DNA from: Zygnema circumcarinatum SAG 698-1b
Lineage: Eukaryota; Plantae; Zygnematophyceae
DNA length: 64,000 nt
Assembly (NCBI GenBank): GCA_037447605.1
Contig: CM074812.1
Location: 682,001-746,000 of the forward strand
Direction of reading: 5' to 3'
The notes beneath the pieces are model-generated. The model had not been told where the DNA came from and did no database searches. It saw only the letters and a program-made list of their open reading frames with translations. A program made the position numbers and the translations under genes. Shown here in pieces: positions 22,418 to 33,651 of this stretch. The first letter of the stretch is position 1; each line of letters starts with the position of its first letter.

Positions 22418-25400
22418 CTACGTCCCCTCCTCACGTGTCAGCCTTTGCCCCTTAAACTTCCCCGAACTGAGACTCAATTCAGTGTCACATTTCAGCCAAT
22501 CCATGCTGCCAGGCTCCGCCCTCGTCTGTTTGTGCTGAGCGGCAGCCTCGCTCTGAGGCACGAGAGAGAGAGAGACTGACTCCCTCCCTAAGGGAGGGCC
22601 ATCTCTCGTCCAAAGCTTCTCTGCCTCTGTACCGCCACTCCCCTTCGCCTTCCCTTCACACGCTGACCGTTTCTCCGCTCCGTTGAGGGCCAAAGTGAGG
22701 TCGGTCTCAGTGGCATCCGAAGGGAGGCCCTCCGGCTTGTCCAATGAATGCTTGCCAGCTGGACCGCCAAGTGGACCGCCAGCTGGACCGCCACCGCCAG
22801 GTGGACCGCCAGGTGGCATTGGCGGTCCAGACTCCATGCCAGGTGTCGTCTTCGGAGGGAGCCCAGCTGACATTCTGACCGGCAGGCTCCGGATTCGCGC
22901 CACGTGGCTGCTTCCGCCCGCTCCCCCATTGACCACTCTCTGCCGGCGCAGACTCATCATCCGCGACTCATCCTGCAGCCGCCACGTGGCCTCCAGAACG
23001 AGCTGCCCCTCCCTCCCCACCCGCTCCTCCACCATCTTCTCCGCATCCTTTGCTGACATGGCAGTCTTCTCCTTTGCTGACGTGGCAGTCTTCGCCTTTG
23101 CTGACGTGGCAGCACCTCCATGGCCCTGCTCTTGCCTTGACCCCACCATTTCCGCCGGCTTTGACCGCTCTCCCTCTGCCGGAAAATTCCTTCCAAACAA
23201 GCGAACAGTGGTGGGGCATCCAGATGGACCCCTGCCACTCTCAACCACTCGTGCTGCGCCACGTGTCACCGCACTATTGGATGGAGAGGCATACTCCAAG
23301 CTCCCTGCATTGGCAGCCATGGCTGCCGGACTTGGTCCTCCCTCGCCTTCCGCCATGGAACTCCGTTGACTGCTGCCCTCTGAGGGAGGAGGAGGAGGAG
23401 GCTGAGGGAGAGGGAGAGGGAGAGGGAGAGGGAGTCTCCTTCCCGGCTCGGGGGGTTCATATCCCGAAACTGAACCCATAACTGAACCCATAGGTCGACC
23501 GGCAGCCATTTGAGCTGCGGGAAGAGAGGGCTCTAATGGTCCTCTCCCTCCTGCTCTCACTACCCCTCCATTGCTCTCTCTCCGAGTCTGCCCCTGTTGG
23601 GGTTTAAGAGCAGCTGTAACTGCAGCTTCTGCCCTCTGTTGTATCCGTAGAAAACGTTGCAATTGAGGGTTTTCTATGCTTTCTAAATCCCCTATTTCAA
23701 GAAGTCTGGCAGAGCCCCTTGGTTGAGAAGTCGCACGGAGTTTGAATTCCGGACTCATTCCTTCTGTAGACACTTGCAATGGCAGATTTCCAGCAATTGT
23801 TAAACCCTGCTTGGAAGAAATTTTTCCACTCTTCGGATCCACTTTTTTCTGCTGCGATCCCACATCGTTTTGCCTCACCCCTCCACTTAACCTTGTCAGG
23901 AAACCACTAGTAAGCCCCCCCCCTACATCATCTTTTTTCTGCAATTTTCCCGTTCCCTGACTACTCTGCATATTCTGACTTGCAGAGGCAAAAACTGTGC
24001 CTGTCCCTTTCAGTCCCACCATCTGCGTGTTCCCTGTTGCAGTTCCGTCGCAATTTACGGAACTGCCGACGGGTTTTCCATGCTCGCTTCCCACAGCTTG
24101 TACTATAGAGATACCTTGACCAGCATCCTCTGTTTTCTTCCCGGGAGAATCTTCTTCTCCATCGACGAGAATGGGACGTAAAATTGAGGACCCATGCTGC
24201 ACATTTGGAACAGAATGCGGAAATCCATCATTAGCAATTTGTCGCGGGCTTAATCCCACAGTGAAAACTCTTTCATGCTCCGGAATTTCCACTAGTTTAA
24301 ACATGCGTTCCACTGTGCCCCCTCCTCCTCCTCCTCCCCTTATTTGGGATAAATGGTTTCTGGCAGGCAGGGGGAGGTTTTCACTCCCACTCCCACTCCC
24401 ACTCCCTCCCGACCCACTCCCACGTGACCTCTCACAAAAGCTTGGGGGGTTGCTCAGGGCTACTCCTCCAACTGCTCCTCCTACACTGTCTCCTCTTCCT
24501 CCTCCCACTACTCCCACTCCTTCAGCTGCTCCTAATACACTCTCTCTTCTGCCTTCTCCCACTGCTCCCACTCCTCCTACCGCTGCAACTGCTCCCCCTA
24601 CATTGTCTCCTCGGCCTCCTCCCACTGCTCCCACTCCTCCAATTGCTCCTCCTATACTGTCTCCATTGCCTCCTCCCACTACTCCCACTCCTTCCACCGC
24701 TCCAAATGCTTCTCCCGCTCCTGCCCTCCTCCATTCTACTGCTCCCACTGCTCCTCCTACTCCACCTGCTCCACTTACACTCCCTCTACCTCCTCTAACT
24801 GCTCTCACTGCTCCAAATGCTCCTGCTACAACTGCTCCACTTGGAATCCTTCCTCTACCGGCACTCCCTCGTCTACCTGCTCCACCTACTCCTGCTCTTG
24901 CCCTCCCTCTTCTACCGGCACTCCATCCTCTAGCGGCCCTCCCTCCTCTATCTGCTCTACCTACTCCTTCATCTCCAGCTGCTCCTCCTGCTTCACTCCC
25001 TCCTCCTCCTGAACTCCCCCCTCTACCTCCTCCTCCTACTCCTACTCCTCCACCTTCACTCCCACCTCTTCCTGCTCCACCTCCTCCCACCACTCCAACT
25101 GCTCCTTCTACACCATCTCCTCCCACTCCTTCTGCTCCCTCTCCCTCTCCTCCCTGCCCTCTCTCCGTCGCAACCCCCACTACTCGGTTCACCCTCACTG
25201 CTGTCCCATACCCTAACCCCAACCCCCCATACCAATGGGCCGAAGTCGCTCTCCCTCCTCCCGCGGGACTCTGCATCTCTCTCCCTCCCTGCCCTCCTCC
25301 CACAGAGCCTGGAGAAGCAGGAACGTTATATGACCCTCCCATCATCCTGCTCCCTGAATTCCACTCTCTACTTAACCCTCTTTGCTCACCCTCCTCAGCA

Positions 25401-28400
25401 CTCCCATCTTGTGGGGTTAGCACCTGCATGTTTCCTGTGCCCATAGCCTCCCCTGCACCACTTCCCTTTTGCTTTCGTAGCGACATAGGGCCCGAACCCC
25501 TCGGCCTTATAGCTAGTTTAGCCGGTCTTTTGGCAGTTACAGTTCCGTTACAAACTGAATGTACTCCTGTCAGAAATGGGTTGTTAGGGCAAGCCATGGC
25601 TGCCAATCCTCCTCCTCCTCCACTTCTCTGCTCAGGAGGGATAAACATGCTCTGTCTATCTTCCTCTCTCTCTCTCGATCCTGAAGGTTGATTTTGCAGC
25701 ACCATTTGTAAAGGTCTTGCAGGCATTCCCGACGCTTCCATAGACCGATTCGGAACTGAAAGTGAGGAGTTCTGTGTTGCAGCAGCTGTCCTAACAGACT
25801 CCTCAGGGAGCATCATACTTTGAGGGTTCAGATCAGATTTCTTGCCCTTTTTTGATACATCTAATCTCAAGACCTGTCCTGCAGAGTTATTTTTATAGGC
25901 TGCCATCCCCAGGAGCGGCGTCTCTCGTCCCTCCTCACCCCTCTCTCTCGCTCTCTCTCCTCTCCTTCCAACTGTCCCACTCAAATAAACATTCTCTCCC
26001 AAATTCGCTCCTTCTGCTCTTTTCCCCCGATTATCAAGGCCATGCTGATGATCTCTCCGGTTTCCAGGAGCCCTATTCCTGTCAAAGGTTACTTTGCCAT
26101 TCTTCGCAGAATTCATCTGTTCTGTCTCCTCTCCCTCTCTCTCCCTTTCTCTCTCCTCTTCCTCATCCGAACTTCCTGCCCCTTCAAAGCCCGGAGCTGC
26201 TAAGCCCAGCACAACGTCCTTCATTACTTTCTGCGATATTATAACATCCATTGAAAGTCTTTGGCTGACTTTCTTCATGACAATACCTCCAACACCCAAA
26301 ATACCATTCTTCTTCTTCTCTCCCCTTTCCTCCTCCTCCTTCCTCCCTCTCCTTCTGCTTCCAACAATTGCCTTTTCCTTTGCCCTCAAAACCTCCTTCC
26401 TCCCTCCATCCTCTTTGCCCTCCTCCCTCCTCTCCAGGTCTCCCTGAAGGCCAAGCACTTCTCCCTCCCTTTTTCCTTTTTCTCGTAAACTTTCCATTCT
26501 TTCTGAATTAGTAAGTGATTCCTTACAGCCTCCACATGTGCTACATTCTCCTTCACAACAAGTGTCCATTTCCTTTCGCTTACAACCACATATCCGCAAT
26601 TGCCGTTTCCCAGCCTCCTCTCCTTTATCACCTACCAAACAAGCGTTAAATAACACATCTTCTTTTGCATTCCTCTCCCGCACCTCTCCCTCCGCTCCCC
26701 CCCTCCCTTTTCCTCCTTCTCCCACCACTGTTGTCCCAGATTTCCCCTCACTCTCCCCCTTCCTTTCCATTAACCCCTCTCCCACAACATCATTCTGAAC
26801 CCCCCCCAAGCGGTGCTCAGAGGCTCTCTCTCCCTCTCTCCCTCTGCTTACCTCTACCAGCCCATTGCCCTTCTCCCCTCCCACACCTTCTCCTTTAGCT
26901 CCTCCCTCCTCTCCTGACCCCCTACCCTCCCCTCTCTCTCTCTCTCTCGCTTTCTTCTCTCCCGCAGGCACTCCTCCCTTCAGAGTGGTCTGGCCAAGCC
27001 CCAATTTATGGATCCTGATTGGCTTTTCCTTTCTCCTCCTCTTCATTTCGTCAGAAAATCTGAGCTTCTCCTTCACCCCCCAATCGCGTATCTTTCCGAC
27101 CCTTCGAATTTCCGAATTTCCGATTTTTCCTAAGTTCTGCGACCAGCCTTGCTGATAACTCTCCTCGCCGCTGTCCTAATTCCCAACTCCACATTCATTG
27201 AAAAGGCAAGTAAGAAGCAAGAAACCGACAGGAGACAAGTCTTTACAAAAGCTTTCTAAGCCTTCAAGCAATACTTACTTGCCATATCACTCTTTACAAC
27301 ATATAAAGAAGTCACTATTCCTGTGCTGTCGAAACCAAGATAGATACCACAACATTCAATTGAACTTCAGGGCAGAATGAATCGCAGAGATTTATCCATT
27401 GCTTGGTAAACTCCCAAGATACTTACTCGAAATTTCTTTTTATTCGCTCTAAACTCCTTTTCTGCACTGCTTTTGCGTCCCCACAACCTCCTTTCTTTCT
27501 CACTCCTTCTTGCGATTCCTTTCACCAGCGGTAAGGGCAAAGTCTCCAAGTCTTCCTGCACCACTTCCCTATTCTCTCTCTTTCCCCTCACACAATCATT
27601 ACTCTCAGGCATGCTCCCTCCTTCAGTAAATTTTCTCCTCTTCCTCCTCTCCCCTCCCATCCCCTCCAGATCTTCATCTTTCTCCCTCTCTCCGCTTCCC
27701 TTTCCATTGTCCTTTCCCTCTGCCTCTCCATCTCTCCCCTCTCCATCCTTCCCACTATTCTCCTCTCCTTCCTTACTACTACTACCTCCCTTTTCACTAC
27801 CTCCTTTCTGTGCCTCCATCAAACGTCGAGTTCGTTTCTTTGTGGATACAAATGCAACTCCGTTCCATTTCTCCGTTCCCTTCTTCTTGCCTACAGTCTG
27901 CTGAAGCTGAGTCTTTCCCCTCTCCCACTTCCTCTCCCTTTCCTCCCTCTCCCTCTCTGTCTCCTTCTCCGTCCCTTGCCTCCCCTGCGTTTTGTGCCCC
28001 CTCCTTACCTTCCTCACCTTGAAACACAGATCATCATTGTCTATCTCTAGACTTGCCGGCTTAATCGGTTGCCCATAATCAGACTCCTTCCTTTTCGCCC
28101 TCCTGTATATGTCAGCCATACTTCTATACTTTTGTATTTTTGGCTCTGCTGGAAACTTGAGAGCTCCATCCTCTCTCTCATTAATATCAACAGAGTCCTC
28201 CCCCCCACTCCCACCTTTCCTTCGAGATTTCTCCTTCCCTTCTACTTCGCTTTCCAACTCTTTCTCCTCTCTGTCCCTTTCGTCCCCTTCAGCTCCTCGT
28301 TCCTTTTCCATTTCCATATCTATGCCCTCATTCCCCTCATCCTCTTCTTTTCCGTCCATATCTTCCTTCTCTCCATCCTTCTCTCCATCCTTTTCCACCC

Positions 28401-31400
28401 GACCCATATATCTTCTCATCATCCTTGATACAGACCATCTTCCTCTCCCCCTACGCAAGTGTAGGGGTCCCTTCTCTGTTGACGTGTATTCTATGGGAGC
28501 CTCCATCTCACTCTCAATCTTTCCCTCCCCACGTTTTTCCTCCTCTCTCTCCTCCTCTCTCTCCTCCTCATCTACCTTCTGAAGGCTATTCCTTTCCCCC
28601 CATCCGCCATTTCTCTTCCCCTTGAATACCGGTATTTTACTTCTCTGCCTCAATGTCCCCCTATCTCTAGGTAACACCTTATCTAAGCACCTATTAGTGT
28701 GAGCATTCAAGCTCACACTTGAAGCTGACGAGAACTTTTTGCAGACTGGACACATTCCTCCCCCCATCGCCTGCAATATTATAGCAGCTTCAGCGGTCAT
28801 TTCTTCCACAGCACTCCCTCCATTGCTGTCTTTATCGTTCCCAATTTGTCGACAAGTTAAGTTAGCTCCCATTTGGGGACTGAAATCTTTACCATTGCAG
28901 GAAGAGGCCAAAAGCAAAGAGACTCCTCCTTGCTCTGCATCCTCCTCCCCCTGAATCACTCTCCCTCCATTCAAATCTCCTTCTCCCACGGTGATAGCTT
29001 TATCACGAGGGGGTATGTCCAGAGAAAGACTTTGCAAACCGAAATCAATAGCAGGTGGCAAGGTCATTGGCGGAAGTTGATCCGCATCGATTTCAATCTG
29101 TCCAGTTTCTGCATCCCCGAGGGACAATCTGTACCTTTTTGTCGCCCGTATTTCAGCGACAAGGTTTCTGCAAAAGACCACCAAAAGACCTTCAGTCAGT
29201 TTTCATGTACGGCAGCAGTACCCAACACAGCTCCTCAGATAAATCTCAAATTCAGTATATTTCTTTACATAAGCAAGTCAAGTTCAGCCAAGACTACCTA
29301 AGCTAAGCTACCTTCAACTGCGATAATTCAGAGGTTTAGTTCTTTCTGCCCAGCATTGCCACCGTTTCTTCTTGCATGCCTTCATTCTTATGGTCACAAA
29401 GGCCATTTCATTATTCTCTGCAAAAGGCGGACATTCACACACGCGTCTACATATTCTATTCGCGAACTCCACAAATTTGAGATTGAGCATTCACATCGAT
29501 GTCCTCAGACACTAACACAATGAAGGAACGAAGAAACCCTAAACCTCATCTTGGAGTGTCTGACTTCGCAATGCGAACTTTGAACTTTGCGGCTTTGTTC
29601 AAAACAACTCACGTATGGAATACAAAGAAATTGAGCTCAAAGTTCGTACGGAGGTTAAATGCGAGTAAAGCGGGATCCAAGAGTTACATCGAATGCCGTT
29701 CAAATGATGCAAACCCATTTCTCATACAGCGCACAATTCCTTCAATTCCTCTACGAGTAATTTGCAACAGTCTCAAACAAACAAAGTATCACTATTATAA
29801 CATTCGCTGTCAGCAACTCAGACTGGAGTTGGAGTAATAAATAAGAGATCATTGGCCCGATCAAATTCTTGAAAGCCTTCGGTCTTTGGGGCTTTAAGGA
29901 TTTAGGGTTTTAGGGTTTTTAGGGTTTGTGACTCTCATACGCAGCGAAAGGGCTTGAAGATGTCCACCGACATTGGTATCACGCTTTGGAAGGGACAGTA
30001 CGTGGGGTTCAAAAAATGGCAAGAGGAAAGCGAATGGTGGAGGAGTGTGCCTTTCATTTACGAAAAGTCTATGACCAAATGTTGTACCCTTGTTAAAAAA
30101 AGGGTTTTTCGTTGAAATTGAGGTCGAGCACGACTGCCTTCACACACCACACGCGGTACGTAATAGAGAGTGCGCGACAAAACACAAACTAAGACGAGAC
30201 TTGTCTGACAGGAAACCCCCATAGTCCTTCCTAAAAACCCTAAAAACCCTATAATATGCTCTACCGGGGTTAAACTCGAGAGCGCCCTGCCTCGGGCAGA
30301 GATGCCTCTTGAATGGCTTTACTTCCAACACATCATGTTGGCTTCAAAAAATGCCCTTCAAACGGTATGAGCGACGTCAGCATGCGTCACGTCCCACAAG
30401 TCATCATGAAGGCCATGGAAGTGACGTGACGTGATGTGACAAAGTTGGAACAGCTCGCTACATGGTGTAGGAAGAGACAAGTCATGGCGATAGCACCCAC
30501 GCGTGACAACCGTCACACGCGCAGTTTCATGAAGTTGTAGACCTGGGAGGCAGTATTAGAATAGTCGCCAAACTCAAAAAAGAAGGTGTATGATGCAAAA
30601 TAAGGTTCGTAGAAAAGATTTCCCAAAACTGTAAGTGGGCAAAGTCCCTGTAAAAGGCAAAACAGGCATGATCCAACATTTCATCTTTGACACATTTAGC
30701 GCAAATGTTGACAATCCCAATGATGTGATATTCAAAGACGCACAGAAGGTTGCATTGACAATAGGTCAACATATGGTAACCCCTAAACCGCAAACCCTGA
30801 ATTCTAACCCTAAACCCTAACCGCAAGGCGTGTCAATGGCAAGTAATGGAGGGAAAAAAGTGACGATCAGGGCGAGAATGAACGGCGGCACAGGCGATGT
30901 CGGGCATGAGGAACAAGTTCCGGTTCCGACTCGTCAGTTGAACGCGGGTCAGATATCTACGTTACAGGTATCCAAGATAGAGCAGCAGAATGAATGGATG
31001 GATGGATGGGTTTCACCCTCCTATGTTTGACGGTAAGGGTTCTGAGTACAAATGGGTACATCAAGAGAGAGTATTGAAATGGAATCAGATGGGACGGGAT
31101 GGAATGGCCATAAGAGGGAGAGCGAGAGGGACAAGGAGAAGGAGAGGACGAAGTTGAGGGCGAGGGGAGCAAGTTAAGGTTTAGGGTTTAAGGTTTAGGG
31201 TTTAGTATTGAAGGTTTAGGGGTTCAGGGTTTTAGGTTTCACAACGCTCTATTTCTTAACTAATCAATTGGACAAGAGCAGGGGACGACTATGTTGGCGC
31301 AGGCACATTCTGTCTATACTCTCCATAGCGGCACCCTGCTACACTCGCAATCTTCACTAGTGAGAAAAACCGAAGTAATGAGATGAATGGTAAGGTTGTC

Positions 31401-33651
31401 ACGACTGAAATTGCCAAGTGCTTAGGAGTCTACCATAAGTTGACTTTCAAAAACTGTCATGGTGCAACGAGCTGCTTGTCGCGCATCCAACATGACATTT
31501 ACCCTGCTCACGCATCTTTCATTCTTCATAGCATACTACATAGGAGGTTTCACTTGCTTAATTTCATTGGCTTCAAGGCCCTACTTTGCCTCACTCGTGT
31601 GACATATGTCACTCGTGCCACTGCGGGCAGGAGTCCACTATCGTCCAAAGCAGTGCACATACCCTTCAATAGTGCTATCAAATTAGAAGCAGCACCTCAA
31701 TAAAGTGGTCAACAAACGAGGTCTTGTACAATGCAAGGAATGTGAACACAGTTCACGTGGTTGCAACACCGGTCACGTTAGTTTTGGATTGCTGAAAGGG
31801 GACTTGTAAATCATCGCACGCATTCTAGTGCAACTATCGGCGGCACTAATACAGATTTGGGTGCGGCATACACTTGGGAATCTAAGCCGTCAATTGCATA
31901 GGTATAAGGGCAACCAGGAATGATTGAAGAAGTTGCCCTTTACTGACGTTCATCTTACAACTGGCTCAATGTTAGAGGGAATGTGGATATCCGCTGTAGG
32001 AGTGAAGTCTTGATTTCAGTCTATCGATCAGCATGGAGTGGCTTTCGGCGTCAAGTTTTCAAGACCGCAAATTGATTTCCAGGGCAAACATTGGCCCACA
32101 TGGTTTTCCGGCACAATTGCGACCAACAGATCCAGTTTTGATTGTTTTCATGTGTTGAAACTTCAAACTTTATTGGCACCATTGTCTGACCACCGTGAAT
32201 GCTGAAACGTGATGATCCTCACGCGACATGTGTCACGTTATGTGTGTGACACGAACGAACGTTCGTATGGTTCTGTAACTCGTCGGAGCTTCATACGAAC
32301 CGTGGGGTTTAGCTTAAACCCTCAAGGTCAATCCGCAGCAAAGCGAGAGAGAGAGGACGAGAAGGCCAATAGATGGCTCTCAAGATCTGATGGGGTCTCG
32401 TTCACTGTGCACACATGATCGAAGGCCTTCAAGATTCAACTCCTGTCAATAAATAGACTAATGATGCCTACATACCTTAGACCCCGACAGGGTCGTCTAA
32501 CCTGCACAGCGAGTCAAGACACGCAATTGCTCTCTCCCAAACGAGTGCTTGTCACTTATCGACTGCACTCCCCCTCGATGCACTTGCCACTGCTAAACTT
32601 CATCTGAATCCAGCCATTCCTTGGCGCCAAGGAATCCTTTGCAGAGCTCATCTAAGCATGTTCAAGGGAAGTTCTGAAAGCTCACATCCCCACCTTCAAT
32701 AAAGCACTTGCTTCTGGTGCAAGCCACTACGATGGCATTCGAAGGTGCATCAGTCACCTTGCGATGCTGCATCACGGCATTTGTGAAAGCGAAAGTAGAA
32801 AGGCTCGACCTTTGTGGAGATACGAAAGCTAGTAAGTTTGTCATCGTTCGCTGTCTACGGGGAGCTTTCCTAACCCTCAGCAACTTTACACTTGGTATTA
32901 CAACGTAAGGGCGGAGATCTCCACTCTTTCAGAGTACGGATGACCCCGTGCGAAGTGATTGTGAAGACAGAATACACTTCATTACTATCAAAGGATTTAG
33001 AACGGAGTTGGATCCCTCTCTCTATTAAGCCCCTTGACAAATTCCTAACGCTCCGTACAAGCTGCCACTCACCTGAAGCCTAGGAAACCACAGTAAAACA
33101 CCATACCAGAAAGAGGCAGCATCTTACCGCATAGGCCGAATATTTGCATGATAATCAGTCGAGGCTGAGTCAGTCGAACTGCACAACTGAACTAGTAGAC
33201 AAGTGACTTGCACGTTGCCAGACATATCCTTGTGAACAGGGAACATGGGGAAGGGGGTAGACGAGGAAAAGAGAGAGAGAGAGGGAGAGAGCGGTAGAGA
33301 GGGAGGGGTTATTCACCGAATCCTGAAATGATCTGTTGTTTTCTCGCGATGGTCGTCGGCTGAAACCGTGACTGGGTGCGCCGAGTACAACTGTACATTG
33401 GGCGCATGGAGACGCTCGCTCGTAGAGGGGCTCCGTAGAACCGTCAACACATACTCCATGACGGAAGCTGCAAGGCTCGCCTCCTTCACATCCCCGCGCT
33501 CTTCGTCCGAAAGCCAAGGGGATACCCTCTGAGAGTAATTGAGAGAGAGATCCACTGCATAGAGCGGGTTGTTAGGAGGGCTAATTTGCTGTTTAGCCGT
33601 GAACTGGCATAGAACTTTTCGGTTCCGCGATACGCGCGCTGTGCCGTCCAT
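22418..33651 (-). CDS. EMF1/HAPLESS8-like nuclear protein with a UBZ-like C2HC zinc finger and repression motifs (~2,280 aa)
   Basis: Exons 33651-33317, 29167-27427 and 27175-22418 splice in frame and create DHFRIR|NLVAEIR, matching the family F-S-I/M-R-x-Y/F-V-A-x-x-R motif. Followed by LPPMTLP, CPVCKKFSSASSVSLNAHTNRCL, KYRSMADIY, VRLFGRNF and C-terminal DLTLAL / DTELSLS. Confidence 0.75.

Noticed and set aside
24171-25691. 506-aa Pro-rich 'extensin' ORF on the + strand
   Set aside because: Antisense shadow of the GGA-rich frame of the EMF1-like gene; no signal peptide.
30255-30320. B-box/tRNA-like string (GAGTTTAACCCCGG on the - strand)
   Set aside because: No cloverleaf or A-box can be built; no tRNA or SINE call is supportable.
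33170-33230. GYVWQR reading that would give a canonical R-G-Y-V motif after DHFRIR
   Set aside because: The available acceptor (cacaag|G) puts it out of frame with exon 1; treated as coincidence.
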